64,000 nt of DNA from Dicyema japonicum (GCA_011109175.1 RDEW01000002.1:1337584-1401583), one strand, 5' to 3'. Positions 36,454 through 48,710 are shown, counted from the stretch's first letter. The notes: generated by a model not told the origin, from the sequence alone. Made by a program: numbers and translations.

Positions 36454-39400
36454 CCATAATTGTCTAGTGGTGTAATGATGGTTGGTTTTTCCCAGTCTGA
36501 AAAAGTCATTCCCATGGACGCGTCCACAGAATATTTAATAAATGGAGTTCGAGAAAGTGTGGATTTGCCTGTTCATGGCCATTTTAATGCCCAAGTCAAT
36601 TACAGTAACGGTCCTCAACAGACCAGCTCAACTTTGTGTTCTCTGAATGCTATCTGCGACTCTATTGACTCTTCTAATCCCGGAGAATGGATCTCATCTC
36701 TTTTAACTTGTGTCAAAGACCGCCTCAAACGAGTACCTAGAGGAGGGTGGCCATTCATAGCCAATTATTTTAATTCTAAATTTGGAAAAAAGAAATCCGT
36801 TTATGAGTTGAAGAGACTTGTCTCCTGTCATCAGAATAATAGTACAATACCTAAAATTGGAATTAAAATGGATAAGGCACCTGATTTGGCATTATACAAT
36901 AAAACCTTTGAAGAATTATTGAGTCAGATTGATGCAAATAGTTCAAAGAAAATCGATGAAAGGCGTCAAACAAGGAAGATTCCTTTCCAGTTTGTAAATG
37001 ACAATTTAATTGAAATGCTAAATAAATCTTTAATCGAATATACATCGAATAACATACCTTCAAGTATTGAAGACATTTCATGTTTGATATACTCTGCTCA
37101 GTGTGTATATCAACAAATCACAATGAAGGAACCTTTCAAATCGAACTGGAGGCAAAGAATACAAAAGAAGATTGAAATTTTAGCTGAAAATAATCTAGTA
37201 ATATCAAATTTCTTTATGTCTACTATTACAGGCGAGGAAAAGAAAAAAGCAGTCGACATTCTGTGTTCCTACAATTACAAAAAATGCAAAAGGGGTGAAT
37301 TTGAAAGGATATCAACCGCAATAAATGACCAAATTAGAATTTTAAACAAAAAGTTGTCGATTGCAGACTCGAGGCGACAATATGGAACTGATAATCGAAA
37401 TTTTGAGTTGAACAGAAGGTCATTCTATAGAAAACTAAAGTCAGATTCTGACATTGAGTGCATTGATGGCTTTGACACATCCGAATGCTTTAAATTTTGG
37501 ACAGAGGTTTGGGAAAAAAGGGATAAAAATGATTTGAGTTTTGGAATGAACAAGAGAATAACGGGAGTTGAACAGCAAGAATCTGATATAAACGATAATT
37601 TTATATCAAATTTAATTGAGTACCTCCCAAATTGGAAGGCCCCCGGAGTTGATTGCGTATATAACTTCTTTATCAAGAAGTTGGATTCTCTTCATCAATA
37701 TTTATTTAAAGAGATCAGAGATATCATTAGTGGGAAAAGTCAACCGAAAAGATGGTTTTATACGGGGATTACATACCTAATCCCAAAGAAGAAGAACTCT
37801 GTTGACCCTAAGGATCTTAGACCGATTACATGTATGCCGTGCTTATACAAGCTGGTTACGAAATGTGTAAACGAAAAAATTGCACAATATGCTGAAACTT
37901 ATGATTTAATTACTGAGTATCAGCTTGGGACAAAACGACACTGTCAAGGAGCAAAGGAATTGGCACTTTTAAACAGATGTGTTAACAAAGCCCATGAAAA
38001 CAAACTATTCTGTGCATGGATTGATGTTAGAAAAGCGTTTGATTCAGTGAGTCACGAGTATCTTGTTAAAATCCTGGAAAACTCGGGACTACCAGAATGG
38101 ATAACCAAGTTTGTAATATCAATAATTCCAAACTGGCGTGTGTCATTAAGATTGGGGAAAAAGATATTGGGAACGATTAATATTGAACGTGGAATACTCC
38201 AAGGTGACTCTCTATCACCTCAATTATTTGTATTTGTTTTGGATCCACTAAGCAGAATGTTGTCTGCAAAATATCCGAGCATGTCTATCAATACTGCTGA
38301 ATCTAATTCTTTTACTTTTTCTGCGAATCATTTCTTATTCATCGATGATTTGAAACTTTTGGCAAAAGAGGAAGGGACACTGGCATGCATGATGAAAGAT
38401 GTGAATGCTTACTTTAAATTGTCCGGCTTAGAAAAGAATTTTGAAAAGTCCGCAACAAATAGTTATTTACTATCGAATGATGCTAAACTAATGGATGGAG
38501 TGGATAGTTATCGCTATTTGGGGGTGTTAGAAGACAATTCCAGCAAAGTAGTTAAAGAAGTTGTACTTAAAAATATCAAAGAGGAGGTGCAAGATCGTAT
38601 TGAAAAACTGTCAAAAACGAAATTGAATTCGGTCAATTTGTTTAAAGCCATAAATGAACATGCTCTATCCCTTTTTAATTATTATATTGGTCTTCTCGAG
38701 ATGGAACCCGGTGAATATGAGGAATTTGATAGATTAGTCAGAAAATTACTTATGCGTTTGGGTATTCATATGAAACCGGCTTCCAAGGAAAGATTATACT
38801 TACCAAGGAGTACGCTGGGAAGAGGGCTGATATCAGTTACTTTTAAGTCAGAAAAAATGCTACTTGAGTTTAAAACAAGCCTTGAAAGGCGGAAAAAGAT
38901 TTCTCTGAGAAAAGCTGGAATTCTGTGGGCCGAACAGCTAAGAAAAACACATATGGCCACAATCACAGAATTCCTGCGGGTAAAATACCAAATGGGCCCA
39001 ACCATAGACATTGTGGAGAATCTAAAGAGTTCACAGATTAACTCTCTCCTGTCTATCATCAAAAAGAAAAGCCTACATTCAATATTATTTGAATCACTTG
39101 AGAATGATACATTTGACATAAAATCATCGTCTACATGGATCACAAATGGAAATATTTCTCCCAAGTCTGAAGCGATGTTCTTTCTTTTGCAAGATAGGAA
39201 TATCTTTTTCCGGGATCTTGGTCTAAAATGTCCACATTGTAATTCCTCGAAAAAAACTGTCGATCATTTGGCTACGAGGTGTAACAGAATGCTAAACTCA
39301 GACTATACAAGACGACACAATGAAATAGTTAAATGCATTCACATGCATTTATCTAGAAAATTTGGATTTAAAAAATCCAAAAAATTGAAGTCACATTCTA

Positions 39401-40038
39401 TTCAAAGCATCATCACAAATCAGCATGCCGAGATCCGAGTTGATACGACCATTCCAACGGAGTCCAAAGTCCAATATAACAAGCCTGACATTTTCTTGTA
39501 CGATAAGAAAATGAACCAAATATGGCTAATTGAAATTGGAGTAACATCAATGGACAATCTCAAGGCTGTCGAAGTTGAAAAACTACATAAATACGACATT
39601 CTTGCGAGTGAACTAGAGATCATTTACAAAGCCAAAGTAAAGATACTCCCAATTGTTCTTACCTGGGATGGAATTGTCTCCAGGTATTTCAAATCATACA
39701 TGGACATCATTGGAATTACGACCATCACCCGAGCGTACATCCAAACGATTGCGCTGAAGAAGACTTTAGAGAGCATGCTTGTAGAATATAAACACGGGTT
39801 TGAACAAATAACGATGGCGATTAACAATAATTGGGAAATGATGAAGAATCCTTTTACTGGATGCAATTTGGGAAAGAAGCGACGCGACACTGATAAAGAG
39901 TTGGATGATCCAGAAAATAGGAAGGGAAGCGGAGATACTACCAAGAGAGTCCCGGTGGGTGCTGGCCTGGTCGGAGAGACCAGAAGTTGATACATTAATT
40001 AGATGATATGACTATTGTTTGTTTTGTTTTAACGGTTC
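36454..40038 (+). mobile_element. R4/Dong-like RLE non-LTR retrotransposon, apparently intact, 3585 bp
   Basis: Perfect 16-bp TSD AATAATGTTCAGATTC at 36438-36453 and 40039-40054; single uninterrupted ORF. Confidence 0.9.
36460..39990 (+). CDS. RT + CCHC Zn knuckle + PD-(D/E)xK restriction-like endonuclease polyprotein (first ATG 36475)
   Basis: WKAPGVD, LRPITCM, DVRKAFDSV, GILQGDSLSP, FIDD, YRYLG, CPHC..TVDHLATRC, RRHNEIV, KPDI, LIEIG, EKLHKY. Confidence 0.92.
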   Translation: MSSGVMMVGFSQSEKVIPMDASTEYLINGVRESVDLPVHGHFNAQVNYSNGPQQTSSTLCSLNAICDSIDSSNPGEWISSLLTCVKDRLKRVPRGGWPFIANYFNSKFGKKKSVYELKRLVSCHQNNSTIPKIGIKMDKAPDLALYNKTFEELLSQIDANSSKKIDERRQTRKIPFQFVNDNLIEMLNKSLIEYTSNNIPSSIEDISCLIYSAQCVYQQITMKEPFKSNWRQRIQKKIEILAENNLVISNFFMSTITGEEKKKAVDILCSYNYKKCKRGEFERISTAINDQIRILNKKLSIADSRRQYGTDNRNFELNRRSFYRKLKSDSDIECIDGFDTSECFKFWTEVWEKRDKNDLSFGMNKRITGVEQQESDINDNFISNLIEYLPNWKAPGVDCVYNFFIKKLDSLHQYLFKEIRDIISGKSQPKRWFYTGITYLIPKKKNSVDPKDLRPITCMPCLYKLVTKCVNEKIAQYAETYDLITEYQLGTKRHCQGAKELALLNRCVNKAHENKLFCAWIDVRKAFDSVSHEYLVKILENSGLPEWITKFVISIIPNWRVSLRLGKKILGTINIERGILQGDSLSPQLFVFVLDPLSRMLSAKYPSMSINTAESNSFTFSANHFLFIDDLKLLAKEEGTLACMMKDVNAYFKLSGLEKNFEKSATNSYLLSNDAKLMDGVDSYRYLGVLEDNSSKVVKEVVLKNIKEEVQDRIEKLSKTKLNSVNLFKAINEHALSLFNYYIGLLEMEPGEYEEFDRLVRKLLMRLGIHMKPASKERLYLPRSTLGRGLISVTFKSEKMLLEFKTSLERRKKISLRKAGILWAEQLRKTHMATITEFLRVKYQMGPTIDIVENLKSSQINSLLSIIKKKSLHSILFESLENDTFDIKSSSTWITNGNISPKSEAMFFLLQDRNIFFRDLGLKCPHCNSSKKTVDHLATRCNRMLNSDYTRRHNEIVKCIHMHLSRKFGFKKSKKLKSHSIQSIITNQHAEIRVDTTIPTESKVQYNKPDIFLYDKKMNQIWLIEIGVTSMDNLKAVEVEKLHKYDILASELEIIYKAKVKILPIVLTWDGIVSRYFKSYMDIIGITTITRAYIQTIALKKTLESMLVEYKHGFEQITMAINNNWEMMKNPFTGCNLGKKRRDTDKELDDPENRKGSGDTTKRVPVGAGLVGETRS

Positions 40039-40759
40039 AATAATGTTCAGATTCTTATTTTTCGCAATAGAAACAAAGCCTTTAAATTGCCTAGTCATTG
40101 CTGGAGCACCATCAGTGCAGATACCCACACATACATTCCAATCCAACTTTATATCCTCAAAATATGAATTTATAAGATTCAAAATGTCATATCCCTTTGT
40201 TGTTCCGAGAAACTCTTTGAGCAAAGAAAATCTTCAACAATGGATTCATCGAAAACAATGAATTGCATTCTTCCTGTAATGTCTGAGATTTTATCCACTT
40301 GAAGATCAAAAAACACAGATTTTTTTATTCGTCGAACCAAAGTGGTTGCAATGTCATCAGACATATCCTTGATGCGTCCGCTCACAAATTATTAGAAATA
40401 GGAATTAAGTCGAGCTCAGCGACAGCAATTTCTCGGAACATTATCTTCACTACTTCTTTGCATACAGGCAAAATAACAGTTTCGGAAAGGCAAAAACATA
40501 TTTTTAGCGGTAATCTCAGCAACAGCATAACTAGCATGCACCGTTTTTTCGTTTATTTTGAATTTTTTGTAAAATGGGATGCTTTAACTTTTGAAAAAAG
40601 AATTAAAAAAAATTTTGAACTTCGCGGAACCCAGTTTGGGAACATCTGATATAAACAATAATACATCGATCAACATTTAAAAGGAAAAAAAACATCAGAC
40701 TGTATGTCAAAAAAGTATAGAGACCTTTCAAATTTTTATATAAACAATTCTATTTAATT

Positions 40760-41470
40760 TTTTAGAAGAAAAAAATTTATTACGAAACAAGAAAATCAAA
40801 ATAATCAAGCTGATAGAATGGAATAGTTGTTTCTTTTGATAACTGCCAGAAAAATCCTTTGGAACAACCATTCTTTTCCCGACGCTCATTACTAACTTTC
40901 GAAATCATTGACCCAAGCGATTTTATAAAAGAGATCGTATTGGGCCCGAAGAATCCACTCGTCTCGACAACAGTGAGCTGAACATGGAATCATTGGAGAA
41001 GCTGTCGTTTTTTTTTATCTTGAATTTCTCAAAAGTCCAAATAGCGTCCCAGCTTTCAACGCGGAACCAGCATGTCTCGACTGGGAAAATGCACAATCAA
41101 GCATTTCCTTCAAGAGAAGGGGAAGACAGTTACCCCGTCTGGGCGCTTTCCATCTCCACAATCCAGGCCCACAAGTTCCAGAGACGACGGTAATCCATTC
41201 TCTTCTAGAGAGCGCTTCACAACCTCGTCGATGGCTGTATGCCTTGGGAACTGGCTTCTGACGTATGAGAGCGAGCAAAGTCTTTTGCAGTCCACAACAG
41301 ATGCACGACGGCATGATGCTGGCACATCTCAAGACGAATAGAAATCCCAATCCGGAAGGCGTCTTGTTCCAGAAAGAAACCAATTGACGATGATGGGAAC
41401 GTGTTCAGTCAAGCACCGCTATGACCATTCTTTACCCATGTACGATGTCCTCTGTCTCTTTTGAAACCTC
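40760..41470 (-). mobile_element. CRE-like element 3' fragment
   Basis: SGA.LN, GKRPDGVTVFPF, VETSGFFGP, WLFQRI. Confidence 0.8.
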
Positions 41471-41619
41471 TACGTTTTGACAACAAATCACCTATTTGAA
41501 TGTATTAGCATAACGTTCGTCTACAATAAAAAATAATATGTCACAGTCCATAGATCGCCGTTAAACCTACGGACTGTGACAAGCTATAATTTAAAAAAAA
41601 TATAACGTGTCTGAATGGG

Positions 41620-42250
41620 TTTAGTGAGTCTCGACAAAGAAACACTTGAAAAAATAAAGAATTCAAGACTCAATCCAAGTCAAATTGGGACAGAAGATCT
41701 TAAATCTAGAGTGAAAAAGTTTAGGCTAAATCAATTAGCTAAATCTTTAATTTTAAAGATGATGTTCCTTATTTAATCAGAAATCAAACTAAATTGAAAT
41801 TTTTTGCAAGGAGAGGAAGAGCTTAAGTTGAAGAAATAGCCAAATTATTCCAAACTATGTTCAGACGTATCGACCCTCTATTGAATTTACATACAGACAA
41901 AGAAAACGAATTCTTTAATGGAAATATGGAGAAGTTAGGCCAAAAATAAGGTAGAACAATTAAAGGCCGTCAACGATGAATTACTGGAATGGAAGGATCT
42001 GAGAAAAAAAAGATTTTGCTGGAAGCAGATAGGATGGAACAAAATCGTAAATGGAAATACGATGAAGATGCCTTTAAAACTGGCAGCATAAGACTAAGGT
42101 ATCTTATAGTTATTAAAAATTATTTAGACAAAATAATGATGCCATTACAAAACAATTCCCGTTATATGATGGATTGGAACTTGGAAAGTGAGTCGGGTAA
42201 ACGTTTGAAAGGGATACATATTTCACGTTTATTTAAAATCGGATATGATT
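41620..42250 (+). mobile_element. Decayed integrase, possibly Maverick/Polinton-type
   Basis: Frameshifted IDPLLNLHTDKENEFFN (cf. LQTD.G.EF.N), RTIK, KIVN..MKMP and TTTGAAAGGGATAC (FEKGY with a 1-nt deletion). Confidence 0.4.
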
Positions 42251-42302
42251 GATTAATTTAATAAAAAAGATTTAAAATTAATTTTTATTTTCTATTTTTA
42301 TC

Positions 42303-42430
42303 ATTAGGGTTATGGGATAGGGTTAGATTCAGGTTTATGATTAGGGTTATGGGATAGGGTTAGATTCAGGTTTATGATTAGGGTTATGGTGATTCGTTAG
42401 ACGATCGGAAGGTAGATTCGTTAGACGTAC
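42303..42430. repeat. 37-bp tandem repeat built from TTAGGG-like variants
   Basis: ATTAGGGTTATGGGATAGGGTTAGATTCAGGTTTATG at 42303 and 42340, partial at 42377; then ATTCGTTAGACG twice. Confidence 0.8.
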
Positions 42431-42439
42431 TAATTTGGC

Positions 42440-43570
42440 TGTTAGGGAATTGATCTTGTACAAATTGGATATTTAAACTCCATAAGCCCATGAGGCACAA
42501 GCATACTCAACCGTCGGTTTTAAAAGTTGATTGTACAGCGCATTCCCGTGACGGCCTGGACTTTAAGAACGATTTCATTATATTCAGTTTTTTTAAACCT
42601 TATGTCATAACGTTCTTCATATGTTGAGAGAATGTCATCAAAGAGTCGAAATTCACTCCCAGAATAGTTGGATGAATCTGTAAAGGTAGAGAGTCTCCAT
42701 ATATGCTCAAATCCAGTTTATATTTTTCTATTCTGTCTGTGTAAAGATAGTATACGTTGATTTAACCCTGGATCTGGAAAGACAATTCAAATTCGACCAG
42801 GCTCTCAGGTCATCAATATGTGACTGAAGCTCTGATTTTGCCATATCCACGTATTTGCTCCTGCTAGAGATAATTAAGTCGTCAGCATATGTATGAAGCA
42901 TTGAATCTGGTCCTCTAGGGCAGGGTCGTTTAGGAATAAATTGAATAGCGCCGGAAAAAAGGGCGATCCTTGAGAGACATCATTTGGTAGAAGACGGGAC
43001 CTCGATCTTGCATGGCCTATACAGACACGTCATCTTTTTCTGAAAAGAAAATTGGCTATCCATCTTTTCAAGTCCGGCTGAATGGTGATGTCAAAAAGCT
43101 TTTTCGTGAGTAGTGTTTTCGCGACAGAATCTATGGTTACTGTTAGAGTTCAGAGTTTTTAGTGTTAGGGTTTTTTGTTAATTAGAAATTACTCAAGCAT
43201 CATTCGATTAAATTTAAATCTTATTTATTAATTTAAATATATATTTTATTACAGTTATTTTTGTATAGAGAACCATAAAATAAATAGCGACGCCATGTGG
43301 TGCTGCGTGGTTAACTAGTTGAAGTTTTCTGCTTGCTTGTCGGTTCCTCCGCTCTTCCTATTAGAGTGGAGTAATGTGATCCACTTGTCTAGGTGACGCC
43401 CAGTGCCAGGCCGGCACGAAAAAGGATCATTTGCTCTTCTCCACTCCACTGGAGGGGTTTCCACAACTGCATGTAATGGACGTCTTACCTTTTATGCTGA
43501 TTCCGGATTGACTCTGTTTCTGTAGAAGTGGAAACTGGATATATCTAATTAGTTGCTTATTTTAACTTCT
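42440..43570 (-). mobile_element. Jockey/I-like LINE fragments (RT/thumb 42440-43140; C-terminus 43260-43570)
   Basis: YADD region, ILGVNFD, KLNIMKS, LYNQLLKPTVEYACASW; FYRNRVNPE and a CSCG knuckle remnant. Confidence 0.65.
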
Positions 43571-44559
43571 TTCTCGGTGTATCCGGGGTTAATAAATTAA
43601 TTAAAAAAAGTGTTTAGGTCTCGGACTAAAGTGGCTTAGGTCACGGGTTCGATTCTCACTTCCACTTCCCATTCCAATTTTGCAAACTATGAGTATCGCT
43701 ACGCTGGGCAATTAATAACATAATTGATCTTTTTCAATAGATTGTCAAAATTAGAGTAAATTGTGTACTTTTTGAATCCATGATTTTTATGAAGCTCCGG
43801 GTATTTTAATTTTTTACAAGTTTTAGTTTAGGATTTCTGTTCTTGAACTGAAATAAAAGCGATTCTGCATTCATTAATATTGCATTGACTTTCCTTCTTG
43901 AGTTAGTTTCGACTGGAAACTTTTGGGAGACGCAGTAGCCAAAAGGTCAAAATTTCCGGATTTTTTCCAAATTGGACCTAGTACCCAAACCAATTGATCC
44001 CTACATTCGTATCCGGGTCTACACGGGACTTTGTTATCCAGGCCATTGATCCCTACAGGACGGCTTGGGACCACTGTGGAAGAACGTACTGGGTAAAGGA
44101 CCATCAAGGGGAGAACTAACTGGAGATAGGCTTACTGGCTTTGTACCTACAACGTTCTGGAGATGAAATTAGGATGTGTAACAGCCTAGACCAGAATATG
44201 GATGGCTAACAAGAAAGGGGGTACCGGGATGAACAGTCCAGGCCAACTGGCGGACTTGGTAGTACCTATTTCGTAACCTGTTGATTAATTAATTTTTCAT
44301 TTTTTTCATTTCCGAATTTGCTATAAAGTAACCTTATATCTCGGTTTTTTCCTTGGGGATTTAACATCTCTACTTTACTTCGGAATTTTACTTTTCTATT
44401 TTCCTTGGGGATTTAACTTCTCTCTATTTTGTTTCTCTTTAGACATAACTTAGTGGTTGTTAATGTTTTCAGATGATAAATTTGTCTTATCAACCCGGAC
44501 AGTTCTTATGACCAACGACAATTATTAATAGGTTTCATGATTTCTGAAGAAAAAAGACA

Positions 44560-44830
44560 ATTCTATCGTTTGTGTTAAATCCTCAAAACTCTAAAATGAG
44601 TAATTTGAGTTTAATTCGATTCGACATTGATCCTGCGAACTTTGAAATGGAATTATTAAAACTAAAGACCTGTGGACGTCAAAATTTATACATTTTGCTG
44701 AGGAAATAGCAGAATTAGAAAAGGACAAATATTCTCATTTTGTGTTCTCACGATATTCGGGTCTACTTATTTGTGCGAGCAAGCGTTTTCACATATGAAT
44801 TTGATCAAATCAAAATTATGAGTCAAATTT
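44560..44830 (+). mobile_element. hAT transposase C-terminal dimerisation-domain fragment
   Basis: IFGSTYLCEQAFSHMNLIKSK. Confidence 0.7.
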
Positions 44831-44994
44831 GGAATTTTGTCTTAAGTTAAAAATGTCAATTGGCGAAAAGTCATTAATGCAGAGTCAATTATCCCATTAC
44901 TTAGATTAAATATGATTTTTTATGTTTTTTTATTTTAAAAAGTGGTTCTTCAATTATTTTTAATTGCCAAAAAACCAAATATTGGGTCTTTAAC

Positions 44995-45023
44995 TTAAAA
45001 GGTTGCAGACTTTTGTTCTAGTG
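44995..45023 (-). mobile_element. Tc1-like terminal inverted repeat
   Basis: Reverse complement TA|CACTAGAACAAAAGTCTGCAACC; partner TIR not found. Confidence 0.45.
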
Positions 45024-46089
45024 TAAGGTTTTCTAAAGTTTGCTTTAAAACAGTGGACTGTAGGTAGGCCAGGAGCTTCCTATTTACTCCTAACTGTCTA
45101 GATAAATCTTGTGGTACTTTGTTGAAATTCCTTCCCACGTCATTAATATTGGAATAACGAAGATCTTGAAATCAAGCATTTTCCACATCTCGTTTACAAG
45201 AAAGTCATACTCCGAAAAGGACCTTATGAAAACTTTTTAAGTTGATCCTTTAATTAAATCATTTTTTTGTAATTCGACCACCATCATCAACCATACTTGG
45301 CAGACAAAAAAGGTCTGATGTGTCTAGGTGAGTTGCCGTGTTTTCTAGGTCTTTATTACGGCGTGCTTCCTCTCAGATACACTTCACCAAACTATCTGGG
45401 TGTCGTGCATTCGCATAAAGATACGCTCACTTAGTTGGATTACTCCATACAGTCTAAGGCCGAATTTCTGAGGCCTCTCCTTATTAGCTGCTAGCACATG
45501 GTTTTCTGTGAGTATTCCACAGATCATAACATCAATCTCATCATACTCTTTATACTCAAACTCCAAAACACCTATGTAGTAGTTTAGCAGCAGATAGCAT
45601 ACTCATTTATTGCTAGGAACAAATTCATTGCATTTAGAAAAGTCTTACATAACAACGCTGTCTTTCTACCTCTGAAGGATCCCATCTTAAGCATTACCTC
45701 ACCAATTTGGTGCCTATTACTCCATGTAGCTATTACAAAGCTGATGAACCACACAGACATACAAATAAGCCTTTTTTCACATACACCCACATCGACAAAA
45801 GTGAGTTTCCATGAATGATAGGAAAAAATAAATTAAAATATCATATTTTCAAAATAATGTAAAAATTTGGAAACTAGGTCTCAATAAGGAATCTCGGAAG
45901 CAACTTTCCAATGTTTATCGGAAATATGTACAACCGACATTTATCTACGCTAGTGAGTTGTGGTCAATGGCCATTTTTCGCTCCTTGGAAGCAGTTTTGA
46001 TTGGACAAAAAAGAAGATGGGGAAGGTAGCTACTCCGCCTAACAGTTCCCTCTATGAAGCATTAACAAATACTTTAAAACCTCCCTAGA

Positions 46090-46421
46090 TACGAGTTAAC
46101 CACAAGCGAAAAGAAACTAGAAGTCGTAAAAAGAGAAATGAGAAGGCTTGATATTGCTTGGAGTAAGCGAAATTCACTGGATCGACAGTGGTTTTTTTCG
46201 TTCTGATGATTTTCGTCATATATTATTCTGGTAACATTAATGCGAAGAGAAACGGAGTGACCTTCATTGCTTCAAAAAAATTGCACCTGCTATTGAAAGT
46301 AATAGAATATTTAATGATCGGATAATACTAATCCACGTCCGTGGACGACCATTGAATATTACGTCATGCAAATATATGCCCCAACACCAAGGATGACGAA
46401 ATTGACCAATTTTATAATGAA
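46090..46421 (+). mobile_element. RTE (BovB-like) APE fragment, cut by a Helitron insertion
   Basis: RNGV.FI, NDRIIL, QIYAP, DEIDQFYNEL. Confidence 0.65.
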
Positions 46422-48710
46422 CTAGCGCGGCAGCTCGCTTCGCTCACTGTGACCTAGGTCCTGCGGACGACAGTCGTTCACACCTTCGGAGTTCATTCCC
46501 ATTTCGCTCCTGCCGAGATCAGTTTTTTTCCTTAGTGAATTATATTTAACGAATTAAACTATTTTTATTTAAAAAAAAACTGATTGTTATATTAAAAATT
46601 ATCAATTATCTTATTGTAATGCTTGTTGATATACAACATTGCTTGTACGACCGTCCTTTGTGTATATGAATAGGTTTTCTCGTTCACCTACTCTAGAACA
46701 ACCCTCATATAACTGTCCATGTGCAAAACATTCACTTGCTAAAGATAAACTTACTACTTTAAGAGTTTGTCCTTGTGATTTGTTGATTGTCATTGCGAAA
46801 CTCAATTTCAATGGAAATTGTAGTCTCTTAAATCTAAATGGTAATTCATCTGAAATTATTGGAATTCTTGGAATATAAACGTCTTCTCCTTTATTTCGCT
46901 TCGTTAATATCGTTGCTTCTATAATATTAAACATCAAATTTTTTACTACCAATCTTGTACCATTACATAACCTTGGAGATTCTAGATTTCGTAATAGAAC
47001 AACTGGCGCTCCTAATTTTAATTTTAAATAATGATGAGGCATCCGTGACGGTTCTAAAGAATTTAGAAATTCCACAGGATATTCACATGCTGATTCTTGA
47101 TCCATAATTACATCGACAGATTTATAAATACGTTCCAACCCGGATAATTTAATAAGTAAGTCTAAGTTAATATTTTGTACTTCATCATTTAGTGGTGCTA
47201 GTATAGCTCTTTCCCGAAGCCAGTCGAAACACGTGTAGTTTTCCTGTAGATCTGGATACACAAAAGTCAATAAATTTTCTTGGTTGTGTACATTTATACA
47301 TAATTCTTCAGGAAGTTGTACTTTTAAATCTTCTGAATTTTTTTCGAATGCTCCATTCCCTACATTTAATAGTACCTTAGCGAAGGTATTCGTTTCTGAC
47401 TTGTTTTGTGCACGAATATTTACATCTAAACTTACCTTTTTTACAAAAGACCACAAATACGATGATTTCAGACATGCATTTAATTCATCTACTGGTGTTA
47501 CCTTTTGAATAATAAACAGTGTCTGTTAAAATCACCTGCTAATACTAATACCGACTTACCAAATAGTATATCAAAGTGTTTTATGTCGCGAAAAGTTTTA
47601 TCAACTGCTTCAAATGCTCTTTTACTTACCATTGTACACTCATCCCATACTATTAGATTACAATCACGTATAATTGTCCCAGTAAGTGAATTTCCTTTAA
47701 TGTTGCAAACTGGGTTTTACATATCTCTTGCTAGATTAAATTGAAAATTGAATGCGCTGTTCGACCACCATCTAAAAGCGTAGCCGCAATACTTGTAGAT
47801 GCAACTGCTATAATTTTTTATGATTGCATCTCGCCTTTGCTAACAATAGATTTAACAAATATGTCTTACATGTACTTCCTGGTACATCTATAAAAAATAT
47901 CTTACCATCATTTTCTTCAATATTTCTGTTTATTTCAGTATCGCTTCGTCTTGGTCTTAAATTGTGTGCCGAAAGGAAATGCCGCTGTGGACGTTGGATC
48001 GATCCTTTTGGTTATCATCCTTTGTCATGCAAGATGAGTGCGGGTCGTTTCCCCAGTCACTCCTGTCTTAACATGACATTAAAAAATTCCCTTGCCTCTG
48101 CTGGACACTATTGCATGTTAGAACCTGCTGGTCTTTCCCGAAACGATGGAAAACGCCCTGATGGGATGACGACTTTTCCATTCGCCAACAGACGAAACCT
48201 GATCTGGGACGCGACGTTTGTTGATACTTATTCCCCGTCTAATTTGGTTGCTTCTGCTTCAGACCCAGGACATGCTTCAAGGAAAAAGTACCAAAGAATT
48301 TCGGAGGAGTATCTTTTTGTTCCATTCGCGGTAGGAAACGTCAGGAATCCTTGGCCCCCAAGCAGACGAGTTGGTTCGTAAGATCGGCTCCATGATTCAA
48401 GCTGTGACCAAGGATCCGCGAGAAACTGGTTGGTTCCGAGAACGTATCTCGTTGGCTATTGTTAGGGGAAATAGCATGGCCATTCAGATGCCTTAATTTA
48501 ATTTTTATTCATTTTATCAATTATGAATGATTTCAGTATAGATTCTTGATTGACGTTCCAATAAATTCGGTTCCCTTTCTTCTATTATTTGATTTAGTTC
48601 TTCTAAGTTATATTTTTCACATTCTAAATTATTCGCAGAATTTTGACTGTTAACGGTTAACGGTAAACCCGTAAAATTTAACTCTGAATTCAAATAGGCA
48701 GCCAGGAAGG
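46422..48710 (-). mobile_element. Helitron 3' part (PIF1-like helicase), decayed
   Basis: IDVPGSTCKT, AATLLDGGRTAHS, LRERAILAP, RLCNGTRL, RLQFPLKLSFAMTINKSQGQT, HGQLY. 3' terminus ...GCGAAGCGAGCTGCCGCGCTAG followed by T. Confidence 0.88.
47942..48529 (+). mobile_element. 5'-truncated CRE-like element inserted in the Helitron
   Basis: CRCGRWIDPFGYHPLSC, GKRPDG, ISLAIVRGNS. TSD ATTTCAGTAT at 47932-47941 and 48530-48539; the Helitron frame RIYTE|INRN is rejoined when the insert is removed. Confidence 0.85.

Noticed and set aside
43610-43670. tRNA gene candidate (GGGTTCGATTCTC B-box)
   Set aside because: No acceptor stem or anticodon arm is recognisable; at most a decayed tRNA-derived SINE head.
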